From IMG/VR virus record IMGVR_UViG_3300017774_006254, positions 1-64,000 of that record: a stretch of 64,000 nt of DNA; one strand, 5' to 3'. The DNA comes from a virus. The notes under the pieces were generated by a model, which saw nothing but the letters and a program-made list of their open reading frames with translations, ran no database searches and was not told the origin of the DNA. Below are positions 52,197 through 61,389 of the stretch, piece after piece. How positions within the stretch are numbered: the first letter of the stretch is position 1; every line of letters begins with the position of its first letter. The position numbers were made by a program, and so were the translations under genes.

Positions 52197-52225
52197 ACCT
52201 TAGGGAGTGGGCCTTGACAAGGCAA
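52197..52225 (-). promoter_or_regulatory. leftward sigma70-like promoter
   Basis: TTGCCT-17-TAAGGT-7-ATG. Confidence 0.5.
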
Positions 52226-52463
52226 CGCGTTAGTTTTTATCGGCACTGCTCGCCGACTGAAGAGCCTAGAAAACGTGTACAGAACGGCTAGGCGATGCCC
52301 GGGCTTTTGAGGGGAGGGTGCCTGGGCCCCGAGGTTTAGTACCTGGGCGCCCAGGTCGAGCTGCCCCCCGCTGGCTGCGCCAGCTCGGCGGAGAGACGGG
52401 CCGCTCGGGCGGATCGAGGGGCGCGGGCGCGGGGCGCAGCGCACCCGCACGCATACACCGCAC

Positions 52464-52500
52464 GCGCGAGGGCGCGCGAGGGCGCGCGAGGGCGCGCGAG
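52464..52500. repeat. tandem 10-bp repeat GGCGCGCGAG (about 3.7 copies) in the GC-rich strand-switch region
   Basis: gcgcgag ggcgcgcgag ggcgcgcgag ggcgcgcgag. Confidence 0.85.
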
Positions 52501-52706
52501 CGATGGCGAGCCTAGCCTTCACGCGTCAAGGTCGCGCGAGGGACGCGCGAAGTGTCGGGAAAGGTCGCGCGGCGGCGAAACAGCCCCCAGGGGGGCGCCC
52601 GGAAGGGGCGCCCGAAGGCCTCCGAAGGCCGAAAGCGGCGGCCTATGGGCCAGCGGCGGCCAAAAGTCGGGGGATAGTGCCCCCGAAAATAATCGTTTGG
52701 CATCGC

Positions 52707-52734
52707 TTGACACCGCGTGAGCCGTGGTTAAGAT
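52707..52734 (+). promoter_or_regulatory. rightward sigma70-like promoter
   Basis: TTGACA-16-TAAGAT with an AT-rich element upstream. Confidence 0.65.
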
Positions 52735-53171
52735 AGCGATGTGCCCGGGCCATTGCCCGGACGCCTCGCCCGGTTCGCCGGGTGAGTGATAGGGCGCCTC
52801 GCACTGTAGGTGGCGCTTTTGGGCGTGTAATCTCTCCCATAAGAGAGACTAACGCAGCGGATCTACCGCGCAACGTTCGGCGTGTGTCGACGGTGCAACC
52901 TAGGCGGATTGACTCTAACGCGCTTGCCTTCGGGCGAGGTGTTGGGGCGGTACCGGCCGCACTAGGGCGGATTGGATCGCGGCGACCCCTAAGAGCGACG
53001 CCACATCCCAGCGAGCGACGGAAAGTGTCCTAGGCGCTTTTCGTCAAGCTCTACCTATGCCCGGTGAGCCGGGTTCACCCTAGCGGGTGACGCTTAGCGA
53101 GTGCGACGAGCACGCGAGAGGACTCTTGCGCGCTGGTCCTGCTCTCTAATCGAGCGGGAAAGGTTGACCGT

Positions 53172-53519
53172 ATGCGCCTTTGTTCTTTGTGCGGCGAAGA
53201 TCTGGATCACGCGCCGCAAATTTTCATCCACGAGTGCAATCGCTGGGCGTTAGGTGCGCCTCGCCGATTGCGTCCGCCCGCCCCATCGCTAGGGGTTCAC
53301 CGTTACGGGCGTGGCGTGCTCCACGTTCTTTCGCTGGAACGCAGAATTGCGGGCGGTTCCGTGGTGCGGGTTGCCCGTTGCCAGGATAACCCCGCGCAAC
53401 GCTTGGCCGATGGCTCGATCCATCCGGCGCACCGTGCGGGGTTTGCGTGGGATGAACCAGCGCAAAACGTGATCGCGCTAGTCGATCTTTCGGTTCTGCG
53501 CTTTGTGATGAGCCGATAA
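53172..53519 (+). CDS. hypothetical protein
   Basis: AAGG RBS; CSLC...H.C. Confidence 0.5.
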   Translation: MRLCSLCGEDLDHAPQIFIHECNRWALGAPRRLRPPAPSLGVHRYGRGVLHVLSLERRIAGGSVVRVARCQDNPAQRLADGSIHPAHRAGFAWDEPAQNVIALVDLSVLRFVMSR

Positions 53520-53523
53520 CGGC

Positions 53524-53628
53524 CCGGGCAAGCTCCGCGCTTGCCTTTCGGCGAACGTCTCAGATCTCCCGATCTGGCGTGTTCGCCGGGAGATAACCCG
53601 GCCCAGAAAGGTCAGATAATGACATCCA
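53524..53628 (+). repeat. 105-bp structured direct repeat, copy 1
   Basis: 102/105 identical to 54308-54412; three hairpins plus RBS and ATG. Confidence 0.95.
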
Positions 53629-54302
53629 TCGAATCCGCCGAAACGCTTGAGCGTCCGCCCACGGTGCGCCGCGCATCGCGCGAAACCGAGGTTCCCACCA
53701 TCGCAGAAGCGCCCGCACCCGTGCGCATGATGGGCGAGCGTGGTTTGCTCCTCACGCGTGAGGACCAAGAGCGCTATATTCTCGCCGGAACGGTCGACGC
53801 GGCGGGGCATGCCCACGGCGGGCGAATAACGGTCGTGTCGCGTGCGACCTCCAAGCGGTTCACCTTTCAGATCAAGCCCCCTTCTTCTGGTCGACGCGGC
53901 GACCGTTGCCAAAAGTGCGTCGGCGGTTACTTACGCGGCGACAGTCGTTATCCGTGCTTCGCTTGTGGCTCGACGGGGATCGTCGGATCTGCACCCCCGG
54001 AGCGCTTTTTCGTCTCGGTTTTGACCGGGTGCGACAATACGCGGGACTACACCTTTATCGGACAGATCGTAACGAGCGGATCGCGCCGCTACGACCACGG
54101 AAAGCGGGCTCATATCAGCCCGGACGCGCCCAGCGGCAAGGCTGCAACGTGGTACTTCTCTCGTGTCATCGGTCGCGGGGATGTGTCATCGGTCGAAGTC
54201 TGGCATGACTCGACGTGCGGGCGCTGCGGGAGAGACCTCACCGACCCCGATTCGATCTCGCGCGGCATCGGCCCCGATTGCTGGGAGAAAATGGGGTTCT
54301 AA
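53619..54302 (+). CDS. DUF6011 family protein
   Basis: FFVSVLTG.DN..DY..IG...CGRCGRDLTDPDSISRGIGPDC. Confidence 0.8.
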   Translation: MTSIESAETLERPPTVRRASRETEVPTIAEAPAPVRMMGERGLLLTREDQERYILAGTVDAAGHAHGGRITVVSRATSKRFTFQIKPPSSGRRGDRCQKCVGGYLRGDSRYPCFACGSTGIVGSAPPERFFVSVLTGCDNTRDYTFIGQIVTSGSRRYDHGKRAHISPDAPSGKAATWYFSRVIGRGDVSSVEVWHDSTCGRCGRDLTDPDSISRGIGPDCWEKMGF

Positions 54303-54307
54303 GGCCA

Positions 54308-54412
54308 CCGGGCAAGCTCCGCGCTTGCCTTTCGGCGAACGTCTCAGATCTCCCGATCTGGCGTGTTCGCCGGGAGATAACCCGGCCTAGAAAGGTCAGA
54401 CTATGACATCCA
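54308..54412 (+). repeat. 105-bp structured direct repeat, copy 2
   Basis: Matches 53524-53628. Confidence 0.95.
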
Positions 54413-54675
54413 AGAAAAAGCGCCCTAGCGGCTCCCTTGTGGACGCATTCGGCGCAGCATTCGGCAAGTACATCGAGGCCAGCAGTACCTCGCACCTTGC
54501 AGCGGCAAAAGCCGCGCACGCTAAGGCGGTCGAAGGCGGGGAAAGCCTCGCAACGCTTCACGATTGGGCGAACAAGATCGGCGATCGCGTGATGCAAGAC
54601 ACGTGGCCAGACGAACGCGCCAATTTCTGGATGCCACCCATGCGAGCGGGAGCGGGAAAGAAGGCTTCGCGATGA
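54403..54675 (+). CDS. hypothetical protein
   Basis: Start lies inside the repeat, with RBS. Confidence 0.6.
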   Translation: MTSKKKRPSGSLVDAFGAAFGKYIEASSTSHLAAAKAAHAKAVEGGESLATLHDWANKIGDRVMQDTWPDERANFWMPPMRAGAGKKASR

Positions 54676-55514
54676 CGGCCCCCGAATTCAAGGCTGGCGA
54701 TAGGGTGCGCAAGTCCTACGGCGCCGCCGTGCCGGGATCGACGGTTTACACCGTGGTCAGCGTTGATACAGTTTTCGACTGGAAATCCGCAAAGCATGTT
54801 CCACGGGTCAACGTCGAGTGCCCCAAAGGGAAGGCTTACGCGCGGTATCCACACACGCTCGTCAAGGTTCCAGACGAAGACAACGGCTCCAGCCAGAAGA
54901 AAGAAGGTTTCGCGATGATTATCCCCGAATTCAAGCACACGACCTCCCCGCGACGACTCGGCCGTGACTACGTCACGGCGTCAATCAAGTGGGAGACCTA
55001 CGGCGGAAACAAGCACCCGCACTTTTCGATCTGCGGGACCGTTTACGGGCCGGAACGGATCAGCGGCGAAACGCCGATCACGATCGACGGAAAAAGCTAC
55101 TGGCCACATTCGGGCGGCCAGGTCAGAGAAGCGATCAGCCTTGCCTTCCCCGCGCTCGTGCCCTTCCTCCGCTGGCACTTGTGCGATCCTGATGGCCCCA
55201 TGCATTACCGTGAAAACGGGCTTTACCAGGCCGAATTTGTGTTCGGCGTATCCAAGTGGGAAGCGCCAAACTACGACACACGGAAGGCGTTCGCGGAAAC
55301 AGTCGTGCTCGGGGCAGTTGAGGGCGATGCATTCCCCGCCGTCATCCTCTCCGACGATGAGCTTTCCCCGGCCGCGCACAAGGCGGAGGTGCATCGGCAG
55401 GTGGGCGCATGGCTCGACGCACGGCGGCCCGCCCTGCTGGCCCAGTTCGCCAGCGATATGCGCAAGGTGATCGATCTCTGCGCGAAAGGGGAGCTTCGCA
55501 ATGCGCAAACTTGA
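54672..55514 (+). CDS. hypothetical protein with an in-frame second start at 54915
   Basis: Duplicated RBS/start block; PHFSICG...GGQ...LRWHLC...GPMHYRENGLY. Confidence 0.65.
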   Translation: MTAPEFKAGDRVRKSYGAAVPGSTVYTVVSVDTVFDWKSAKHVPRVNVECPKGKAYARYPHTLVKVPDEDNGSSQKKEGFAMIIPEFKHTTSPRRLGRDYVTASIKWETYGGNKHPHFSICGTVYGPERISGETPITIDGKSYWPHSGGQVREAISLAFPALVPFLRWHLCDPDGPMHYRENGLYQAEFVFGVSKWEAPNYDTRKAFAETVVLGAVEGDAFPAVILSDDELSPAAHKAEVHRQVGAWLDARRPALLAQFASDMRKVIDLCAKGELRNAQT

Positions 55515-56004
55515 AGCGACCGACGTGGAATTCACGATCTCAGTCGAGCCTGAAGATACGCCCGTGCGCGGTAGCTTCGCCTCCGGCGACGCCGATGCGG
55601 ATCGCGCGCTTGAGGATGATATCCTCGCTCGTCTCGCCTCGGGTGACGTGTGGGCGTGGTGTCACATCACGGTCACCGCAAAATGGGAGAGCCCAGACGG
55701 TACCGTTTACGGGGGGCGGGACACCTTGGGCGCGTGCTCCTACGCGAGCGAAAAGGACTTCATCGCGTGCGATGACTATTACCCCGACATGAGGGGGCGT
55801 GCCCTTGAAGAACTTAACGAGCAGATCCCCGCTACCCCGCTCGACGGCGCTTTGAGGGCGCTCGACTTGACGGAAGCTAGGCAACTTCTGCGCGACATCG
55901 CCATGCGCCTTTCTGGCCGCGCGTACGACTCCGACGCGTGCACGGATGTTGCGCGCCTGCTGGCAGCTGCTGGCCTCCCAGTTGAAAGCGAGCTTACGCC
56001 ATGA
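55501..56004 (+). CDS. acidic hypothetical phage protein
   Basis: EPEDTPVRGSF...WAWC...DTLGACSY...YYPDM. Confidence 0.65.
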   Translation: MRKLEATDVEFTISVEPEDTPVRGSFASGDADADRALEDDILARLASGDVWAWCHITVTAKWESPDGTVYGGRDTLGACSYASEKDFIACDDYYPDMRGRALEELNEQIPATPLDGALRALDLTEARQLLRDIAMRLSGRAYDSDACTDVARLLAAAGLPVESELTP

Positions 56005-56237
56005 ACAAGCCATGGCGCGGCGTTCGTCGCGACGGCCAACGTGAAGCGTTGCGAGTCCGAGCGGCGGCAGTGGTCCAGGCGTTGACCGGATCGGAGCGCT
56101 TTGACGTGGTTCGTTGCGGTACCGCATTCACGACGTATGAGGAGCACGGATCTCGCGCGTGTGAATGGATCCGGGAGATGTGCGCGGCGTGGCTCCGCGA
56201 CAATCGTGACATGCCCCGATCCTGCCCCTGGTAGGGG

Positions 56238-56266
56238 TTGACGCTCCCTCTAATCGTTATTACTTT
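56238..56266 (+). promoter_or_regulatory. sigma70-like early promoter
   Basis: TTGACG-17-TACTTT-CGACAC. Confidence 0.75.
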
Positions 56267-56294
56267 CGACACACCCCACCCCAGGAGAACGACC

Positions 56295-56888
56295 ATGTTT
56301 GAAGAGAATCAGAAGTTGATCGACGATGCGAAAGAGCTTGAAACCCTTCGCGCAGATAAGGCAGCACTCATCGCCGAGCTTCAGGCGATTCGCCAAGAGC
56401 GCGAGAACGAGATCAACGACGATGCACTCGAAACCGAGTGCAAAGAGATCGCGCAAAGCGCTTTCGATGAGATCACCGGGCTTCATGAAGACGACGCGCC
56501 CGAAGACCTGCGCGACGAGTTCGATCAGTACATCCACGAGACGATCGACGGCCACGATTGGCTTATTCACCCGAAGAAGACGCACCAACTGTGCGCCAAT
56601 TGCGACGTGTCAGACGGTGAAGCATTCCTCGCTGACGTCGGCGCGGGCGATTCGCCTGATTACGACAAGTTTGCCGTGACGCTCGCCTATGGCGAGATGA
56701 AGGCTCGTGCAATGAGCGCGCTCGACGACTTGATCGAAGAGTGGAACGACGCACACGAGAACGACGAGGATGAAGAAGAGGACGGCGGCAACGAGAGCGA
56801 GGAGCCCGAAGCGACTGACGCGGATCTGACAGACGTGGAGATTGACGAGCGTGCTCAACGGATCAAGGACGGCGAAGAGGACGCGTAG
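56295..56888 (+). CDS. highly acidic Ocr-like putative DNA mimic
   Basis: D/E-rich; DQYIHETIDGHDWLIH...TLAYGEM resembles the T7 Ocr core; AGGAG RBS. Confidence 0.5.
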   Translation: MFEENQKLIDDAKELETLRADKAALIAELQAIRQERENEINDDALETECKEIAQSAFDEITGLHEDDAPEDLRDEFDQYIHETIDGHDWLIHPKKTHQLCANCDVSDGEAFLADVGAGDSPDYDKFAVTLAYGEMKARAMSALDDLIEEWNDAHENDEDEEEDGGNESEEPEATDADLTDVEIDERAQRIKDGEEDA

Positions 56889-57158
56889 CCCGCTGATGAT
56901 GGCCCCCTGGTTAGGGGCCGAAACTCGCCGCCGCGAGTCCGGGAAACCAAACGAACGAGGGAACATGCTTGATAACGATCTGAAAGCGTCCGAAGAGCCG
57001 CTCGATTACCACTATTCAAATTTGCTGGATCAGATGGCCAAAATGATCGGGTGGGAACGACTGGCAAGAGAAGTCGAGCGCAAGGCTTGCATTGATATGC
57101 GCTTCACGCGCGAGGAATTTCGGGCGAGCTGCAAGGCTGTCGCGGAGCGCTCAAAGCC

Positions 57159-57398
57159 ATGAGCAGGCCGCACGCGAAGTCGCGCCACGAGCGCAGGAAA
57201 CACAACGCCCCGAGGTGCCCAAAGTGCAACGACCAAGGCGCACGCCCCGTGGTTGTCCCCGGCGGCCCGTATCAGTCCAAGCTCGCCCCGTGCCCCTACT
57301 GCCAAGCGGGGAAAGCGATGAAAGCGCACATCGCGAAGCTTTCACCGAAGGAAGCAACGACGGCGCTCGTCACTGGCGTACCAGGAGAAAAGCGATGA
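57159..57398 (+). CDS. small zinc-finger protein
   Basis: CPKC...CPYC. Confidence 0.55.
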   Translation: MSRPHAKSRHERRKHNAPRCPKCNDQGARPVVVPGGPYQSKLAPCPYCQAGKAMKAHIAKLSPKEATTALVTGVPGEKR

Positions 57399-57805
57399 CG
57401 GGCCTCCTTTGCTTGTGGTGTGACGATCGCCTTCCCGGCCCCCTTGCGGCTCAGGTATGCCTTCGATGCGCGCCGCTCGGAAACATCGTGCACCACTGCT
57501 GCGCGGGACGTAACCACCTTCCGACGTTCTCTTCGCTCTCATGCGCCACGTGCGACGAAAGCGCGACACGGCTCGCGAGGGTGCGAGCAGAGATTGCGCC
57601 CCAGATCGCCGATCTGGAGAAGATGATTAGCGACCATATCCGAGACTGGCACAAGCCGTGGCCGGGAATGAACTTCGCGAAAGCGATCGTAGGCCGCATG
57701 TTCACCGGCGCGCTCGACGATCTCAACCGCAGGTTGCAGGAAGAAGAGCGGTGGGCCACGCGAATCGAGCCTGTTCTCAACTACTACCAAACGGAAACGC
57801 CATGA
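57395..57805 (+). CDS. Cys-rich hypothetical protein
   Basis: Start refined to MTGLLC; AGGAG RBS. Confidence 0.5.
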   Translation: MTGLLCLWCDDRLPGPLAAQVCLRCAPLGNIVHHCCAGRNHLPTFSSLSCATCDESATRLARVRAEIAPQIADLEKMISDHIRDWHKPWPGMNFAKAIVGRMFTGALDDLNRRLQEEERWATRIEPVLNYYQTETP

Positions 57806-58272
57806 CAGACCTCGACGCTCTAAGCGACTCCTCGCCAGCGCTGCGCAAGCTACTCGCCGAAGCAAACGCCGCCGCTCACGAAGTTGGGCGCGCGATCGTA
57901 ACGCTGGAGAAGGCCCAAGCCCGCCAGACGAAGGCCAACGCAGCGGTACAAAGCTACATCGAGCACTTGCGGAAGATCCACAAGCCTCAGATCCCTCGCG
58001 CGGGCATCGCTTGTTGCGGCGGCATGGGGGACGGCTCCGACTGCGCGCCCAGTTGCGCCGCGTACTGGACCAAGCAAACAACCTCGCCCTTCAAGGTTGG
58101 CGACCTTGTAACCCTGAACTACGACTCGCCTGACATTGTGAATGCTCGCGTGAAAAGCATACAACCGTCGTTCTTCGACATCACGAAGAGAAGCGTCACC
58201 GTCAAGTGCACACGCACGGGCTCGACGCAGACTTACGCGGAGGATGAACTCGTCGTCGTAGTCGAGCCTTAG
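57802..58272 (+). CDS. hypothetical protein with a C-terminal SH3-like domain
   Basis: FKVGDLVTL...Y.EDEL. Confidence 0.55.
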   Translation: MTDLDALSDSSPALRKLLAEANAAAHEVGRAIVTLEKAQARQTKANAAVQSYIEHLRKIHKPQIPRAGIACCGGMGDGSDCAPSCAAYWTKQTTSPFKVGDLVTLNYDSPDIVNARVKSIQPSFFDITKRSVTVKCTRTGSTQTYAEDELVVVVEP

Positions 58273-58278
58273 TCACCA

Positions 58279-58351
58279 GTCCCCATAGCTCAGCGGATAG
58301 AGCAGGTGCTTTCTAAGCACTTGGCCGGGGGTTCGAATCCCTCTGGGGACG
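58279..58351 (+). tRNA. tRNA-Arg (anticodon TCT)
   Basis: Acceptor GTCCCCA/TGGGGAC; D-arm GCTC/GAGC; anticodon loop TTTCTAA; T-loop GTTCGAATC; CCA not encoded. Confidence 0.93.
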
Positions 58352-58724
58352 TACTTACAACGCGAGGATACATGCGAACCAAGCGCAAGCAGAGAGCCCG
58401 GAACCGTCACGCCACAGTGCAGTTGCCCGAGGAGCCAAACGAGTTCCCTGGACTCCGGCCCACCTGGCTTCGCAGGTGACAGCGTGACGAAGACGATTCT
58501 TTTTGAAACCGCGATGTACCATGAAGCGTTGCGACGCATATCAACGGCCTGGGATCTCCCACATGTTGCCGCTCGCATGCGCGAAGTAGAGGACGGCCGC
58601 CCGCTATCGGGGATCGATGCTGCGCAAGTGCTAGCAGAACGCGCGTCATGCAGACTGGAACTGTGCGCATCGCTCGACTACTGGGAGAGCTTCGGCGGGC
58701 AACAACAAAATAACGATTAGGCCA

Positions 58725-58752
58725 TTGACACCGAAGCTCTAATCGTTATCTT
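58725..58752 (+). promoter_or_regulatory. sigma70-like promoter overlapped by an 11-bp inverted repeat
   Basis: TTGACA-16-TATCTT; ATAACGATTAG (58710) and CTAATCGTTAT (58739). Confidence 0.65.
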
Positions 58753-58793
58753 TCTACACACCAGGGCGCCCCCTACGGCGCCGGAAAGCAAAC

Positions 58794-59165
58794 ATGCCGA
58801 AGAAGAAAGAAAAAGATCCCGTGGTCACGCGCCTGGAAGGCGAGGTGCGCATGCTGTCCGAGTTCGTGAAGGTGCTTGAATCCGGAGCGAATCACGAGAC
58901 ATTCGTACACCATCGCCTGACCGCTCACCTGTATGCGATCAAGAACGGCGATCCTCTCGTTCGCCTCATCGCGTTTGACACTGACGGAAGCGTCATGTCG
59001 CGCGAACTTCGCTGGGCCCCCGAGTTCTTGGAGAACCCGTGCAAGGGCCTTCTCACCATCACAACCATGACAGACGGCAAGACCACGCCGCACGATCCCG
59101 AGCTTTGGGCGGCCTACTTGGAGTGCGCGACGGCATTCGGGCACGGATGCGGGACAGTGTCATGA
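58794..59165 (+). CDS. hypothetical protein
   Basis: First gene after the promoter. Confidence 0.6.
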   Translation: MPKKKEKDPVVTRLEGEVRMLSEFVKVLESGANHETFVHHRLTAHLYAIKNGDPLVRLIAFDTDGSVMSRELRWAPEFLENPCKGLLTITTMTDGKTTPHDPELWAAYLECATAFGHGCGTVS

Positions 59166-59401
59166 CACCGTTTGAAAAGGCATTCGATGTAGTTGCGGCC
59201 AAGAAGCAGGGTCAGTTGACTCTCGCCACGGTCTCATGCGCCATCGAACTCATCAGCGAAATGCTGGAGGAGAGAGCCGATGACGACGAGGCACATCGCC
59301 AAGAGGTGGAGCTTCTTCGAGACGAGAACAAGCTCCTTCATGCGCGGCTGGATCTGATCAAGCGATACGCCGACCTCTCAAATGAACAGGGGAGAGTATG
59401 A
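59162..59401 (+). CDS. hypothetical protein
   Basis: Coupled ORF; start refined. Confidence 0.5.
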   Translation: MTPFEKAFDVVAAKKQGQLTLATVSCAIELISEMLEERADDDEAHRQEVELLRDENKLLHARLDLIKRYADLSNEQGRV

Positions 59402-59649
59402 GCCAGTCCATCGATCCAGAAACGCTCGACGTTCTTCGCAAGCGAGCACGAGAAAAAACGATCTGGGCGGCCTACCAGAACGTGGCGCTCGACTCTTCGA
59501 ACGCTGGCCACATCCAACTTCTCATGGTGGGAGAAGGATGTACCTACAGCACGCCCCCCGCCCAGTACCCTGCCGATACCGCCCACGGGGCCGGGTGGCG
59601 CTACAAGTTGGCAGGCACCGTCAACCTTGAAACAGGAGTCGTCTCGTGA
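59398..59649 (+). CDS. hypothetical protein
   Basis: Coupled ORF with GGAG RBS. Confidence 0.55.
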   Translation: MSQSIDPETLDVLRKRAREKTIWAAYQNVALDSSNAGHIQLLMVGEGCTYSTPPAQYPADTAHGAGWRYKLAGTVNLETGVVS

Positions 59650-60030
59650 CTGACAAGGTCAAAACACGGCCCAGGCCAGTTCACTTCCAGCTGTACCAGA
59701 AGGCGTCCGTGATCGCGTGTTCGAGCACATCGTTGCTCAGCACGCGCGACAAGTCACAAGTCACCTGCAAGCGGTGCAAAAACTCCACGTCCTTCAAAGC
59801 GAACATCGCATGCACCTAGCACCATGGCACCGCTGCGTGCTCATCGTCAAAGAGCTGAAGTCCGAAGCGCAAGCGCGGGCCGAGTACGACCGAGCCGTGA
59901 GAGCGCATATCGCCGCTGGGATCCTCCGAAGCTCAAGTCTCGATCGCGAGGTTCAAGTACGTATCACCCGCCCCAAAGGATGGGGTCACGACGGAAGAGC
60001 ACGCTACGGCGTGTGGACAAGGGAGAAGTC

Positions 60031-60681
60031 ATGTTGACCACCGATGAAGCGAAGAAGGTCGTTCACCCTACAACCGAAGAGTTGACGGCCAAGCTCGTGA
60101 AGTTCTCCGGGAGCGGACAGATCGACGACTTCGAGGACGATTACGGCACGTGGAAGCTGCGCGAGCCGATCCTTTGCGAGGGGCCAGTTTTCCTATTCAT
60201 CCGCACGCTCGACGTGCGGGAGGCGGGACTCGCCCACGGCCACAAGTGGGGCGCTGAAGTAATCGCCGTGAGCCCGTTCCTCGCGACTGACGCGGCTATT
60301 TGCGACGCTCTTCGTTCGTCCGGCGACTACATGTCGGAACGTTGGAGCGATAGCGATGGCGAGGCCAGGATCGCCATGCTCTGCGATGCGCTCATGTCGT
60401 ACGGAGTCCAAGCCGTTCTTTTCAGCAAGACAAGCACCCGCGCGATCGGCCCCTTCCGAGCTTGCTTCAACGAGCTTGCCAAGATGAGCATCGTGTTTGG
60501 CTTCTACGCCGACCAAACGCTGAACGCCATCGGGGACACCGGGTGGGAATTCATGAAGGGGACCTACGGCTTCCAGAAGAAGGAACCCTTCCGAAAGCCC
60601 GCTGGCTTCCAAGCCAAAGTCATCCGGTGGCTGAACACCCACTACCCAAAACGCGTTGCGTTCCACAACGAAGAGAGCTGA
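60031..60681 (+). CDS. hypothetical protein
   Basis: Start refined to MLTTDEA; GGAG RBS. Confidence 0.6.
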   Translation: MLTTDEAKKVVHPTTEELTAKLVKFSGSGQIDDFEDDYGTWKLREPILCEGPVFLFIRTLDVREAGLAHGHKWGAEVIAVSPFLATDAAICDALRSSGDYMSERWSDSDGEARIAMLCDALMSYGVQAVLFSKTSTRAIGPFRACFNELAKMSIVFGFYADQTLNAIGDTGWEFMKGTYGFQKKEPFRKPAGFQAKVIRWLNTHYPKRVAFHNEES

Positions 60682-60984
60682 CATGAAGCCTGCCGCTGAA
60701 AAATGGGCCGTCGTGAAGCCAGTGCGAGTGTTCGAAGAGATGGTCGTTTCGACTCATCGGACAGAAACGGCCGCGCAGAAGAAGCGCGATGCGCTGAATA
60801 ACGACTCTGCGAAGATCGTGCGCGTCGATTCTGGTTACTACGAATTGATCGATCTTCCATGGGGCTTGTCGATTCGCCCCCGATCGAAGTAGCTACGACC
60901 CGGCGAACACCGTTCGCCGCTTGGTCCAGACGGCTCCACGCGAGACTTCTGGACCAGGCGCAACCCCCTGGACTGGAGAACCCC

Positions 60985-61359
60985 ATGAACCGACTCTTTT
61001 TCGCCCTCGTTGCCATCCTCGCCATCCCTGCGTGCTGTCCCCCAGTCGACTGCCCCAAGCTGGAGCCCGCAGATCTCATCACCGCGACCACCATCGAAGG
61101 CCGCTTCGGCACTTGCGGCGCCATTGCCCCCGATGGACTCGCGTACTGCGGCGCGTACAACCCTGACGCGGATGCCAGCGCGCCCGCTTGCTACGTGGAC
61201 GGGTGGGCGTGCCAGGGCGTGATGATGGCTGACGGCTCGCTCCTCTCGCGACTGGACCTGCATGGTCCGATCAACGGGCGGACGATTACCGCGACCGGCA
61301 TCGGCTACCTGCGCGACGGCACGACTTGCGCTGCGAGTTACACCATCACACTCGACTGA
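60985..61359 (+). CDS. Cys-rich lipoprotein
   Basis: MNRLFFALVAILAIPAC signal peptide with a lipobox-like Cys. Confidence 0.65.
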   Translation: MNRLFFALVAILAIPACCPPVDCPKLEPADLITATTIEGRFGTCGAIAPDGLAYCGAYNPDADASAPACYVDGWACQGVMMADGSLLSRLDLHGPINGRTITATGIGYLRDGTTCAASYTITLD

Positions 61360-61389
61360 GCGCAAAAGCGACAAGCCAAGCGTGTTTAC

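Noticed and set aside
51665-52522. 285-aa version of this ORF extending into the GC-rich region
   Set aside because: The extension is low-complexity translation of the repeat region, and a promoter sits directly before ATG 52189.
53524-54412. Direct repeats as a CRISPR array or transposon ends
   Set aside because: Only two 105-bp copies with a whole gene between them; no spacer periodicity, cas genes or transposase.
58279-58351. tRNA as an integration site
   Set aside because: Virus-like genes continue on both sides, and I saw no duplicated 3' tRNA fragment or integrase.
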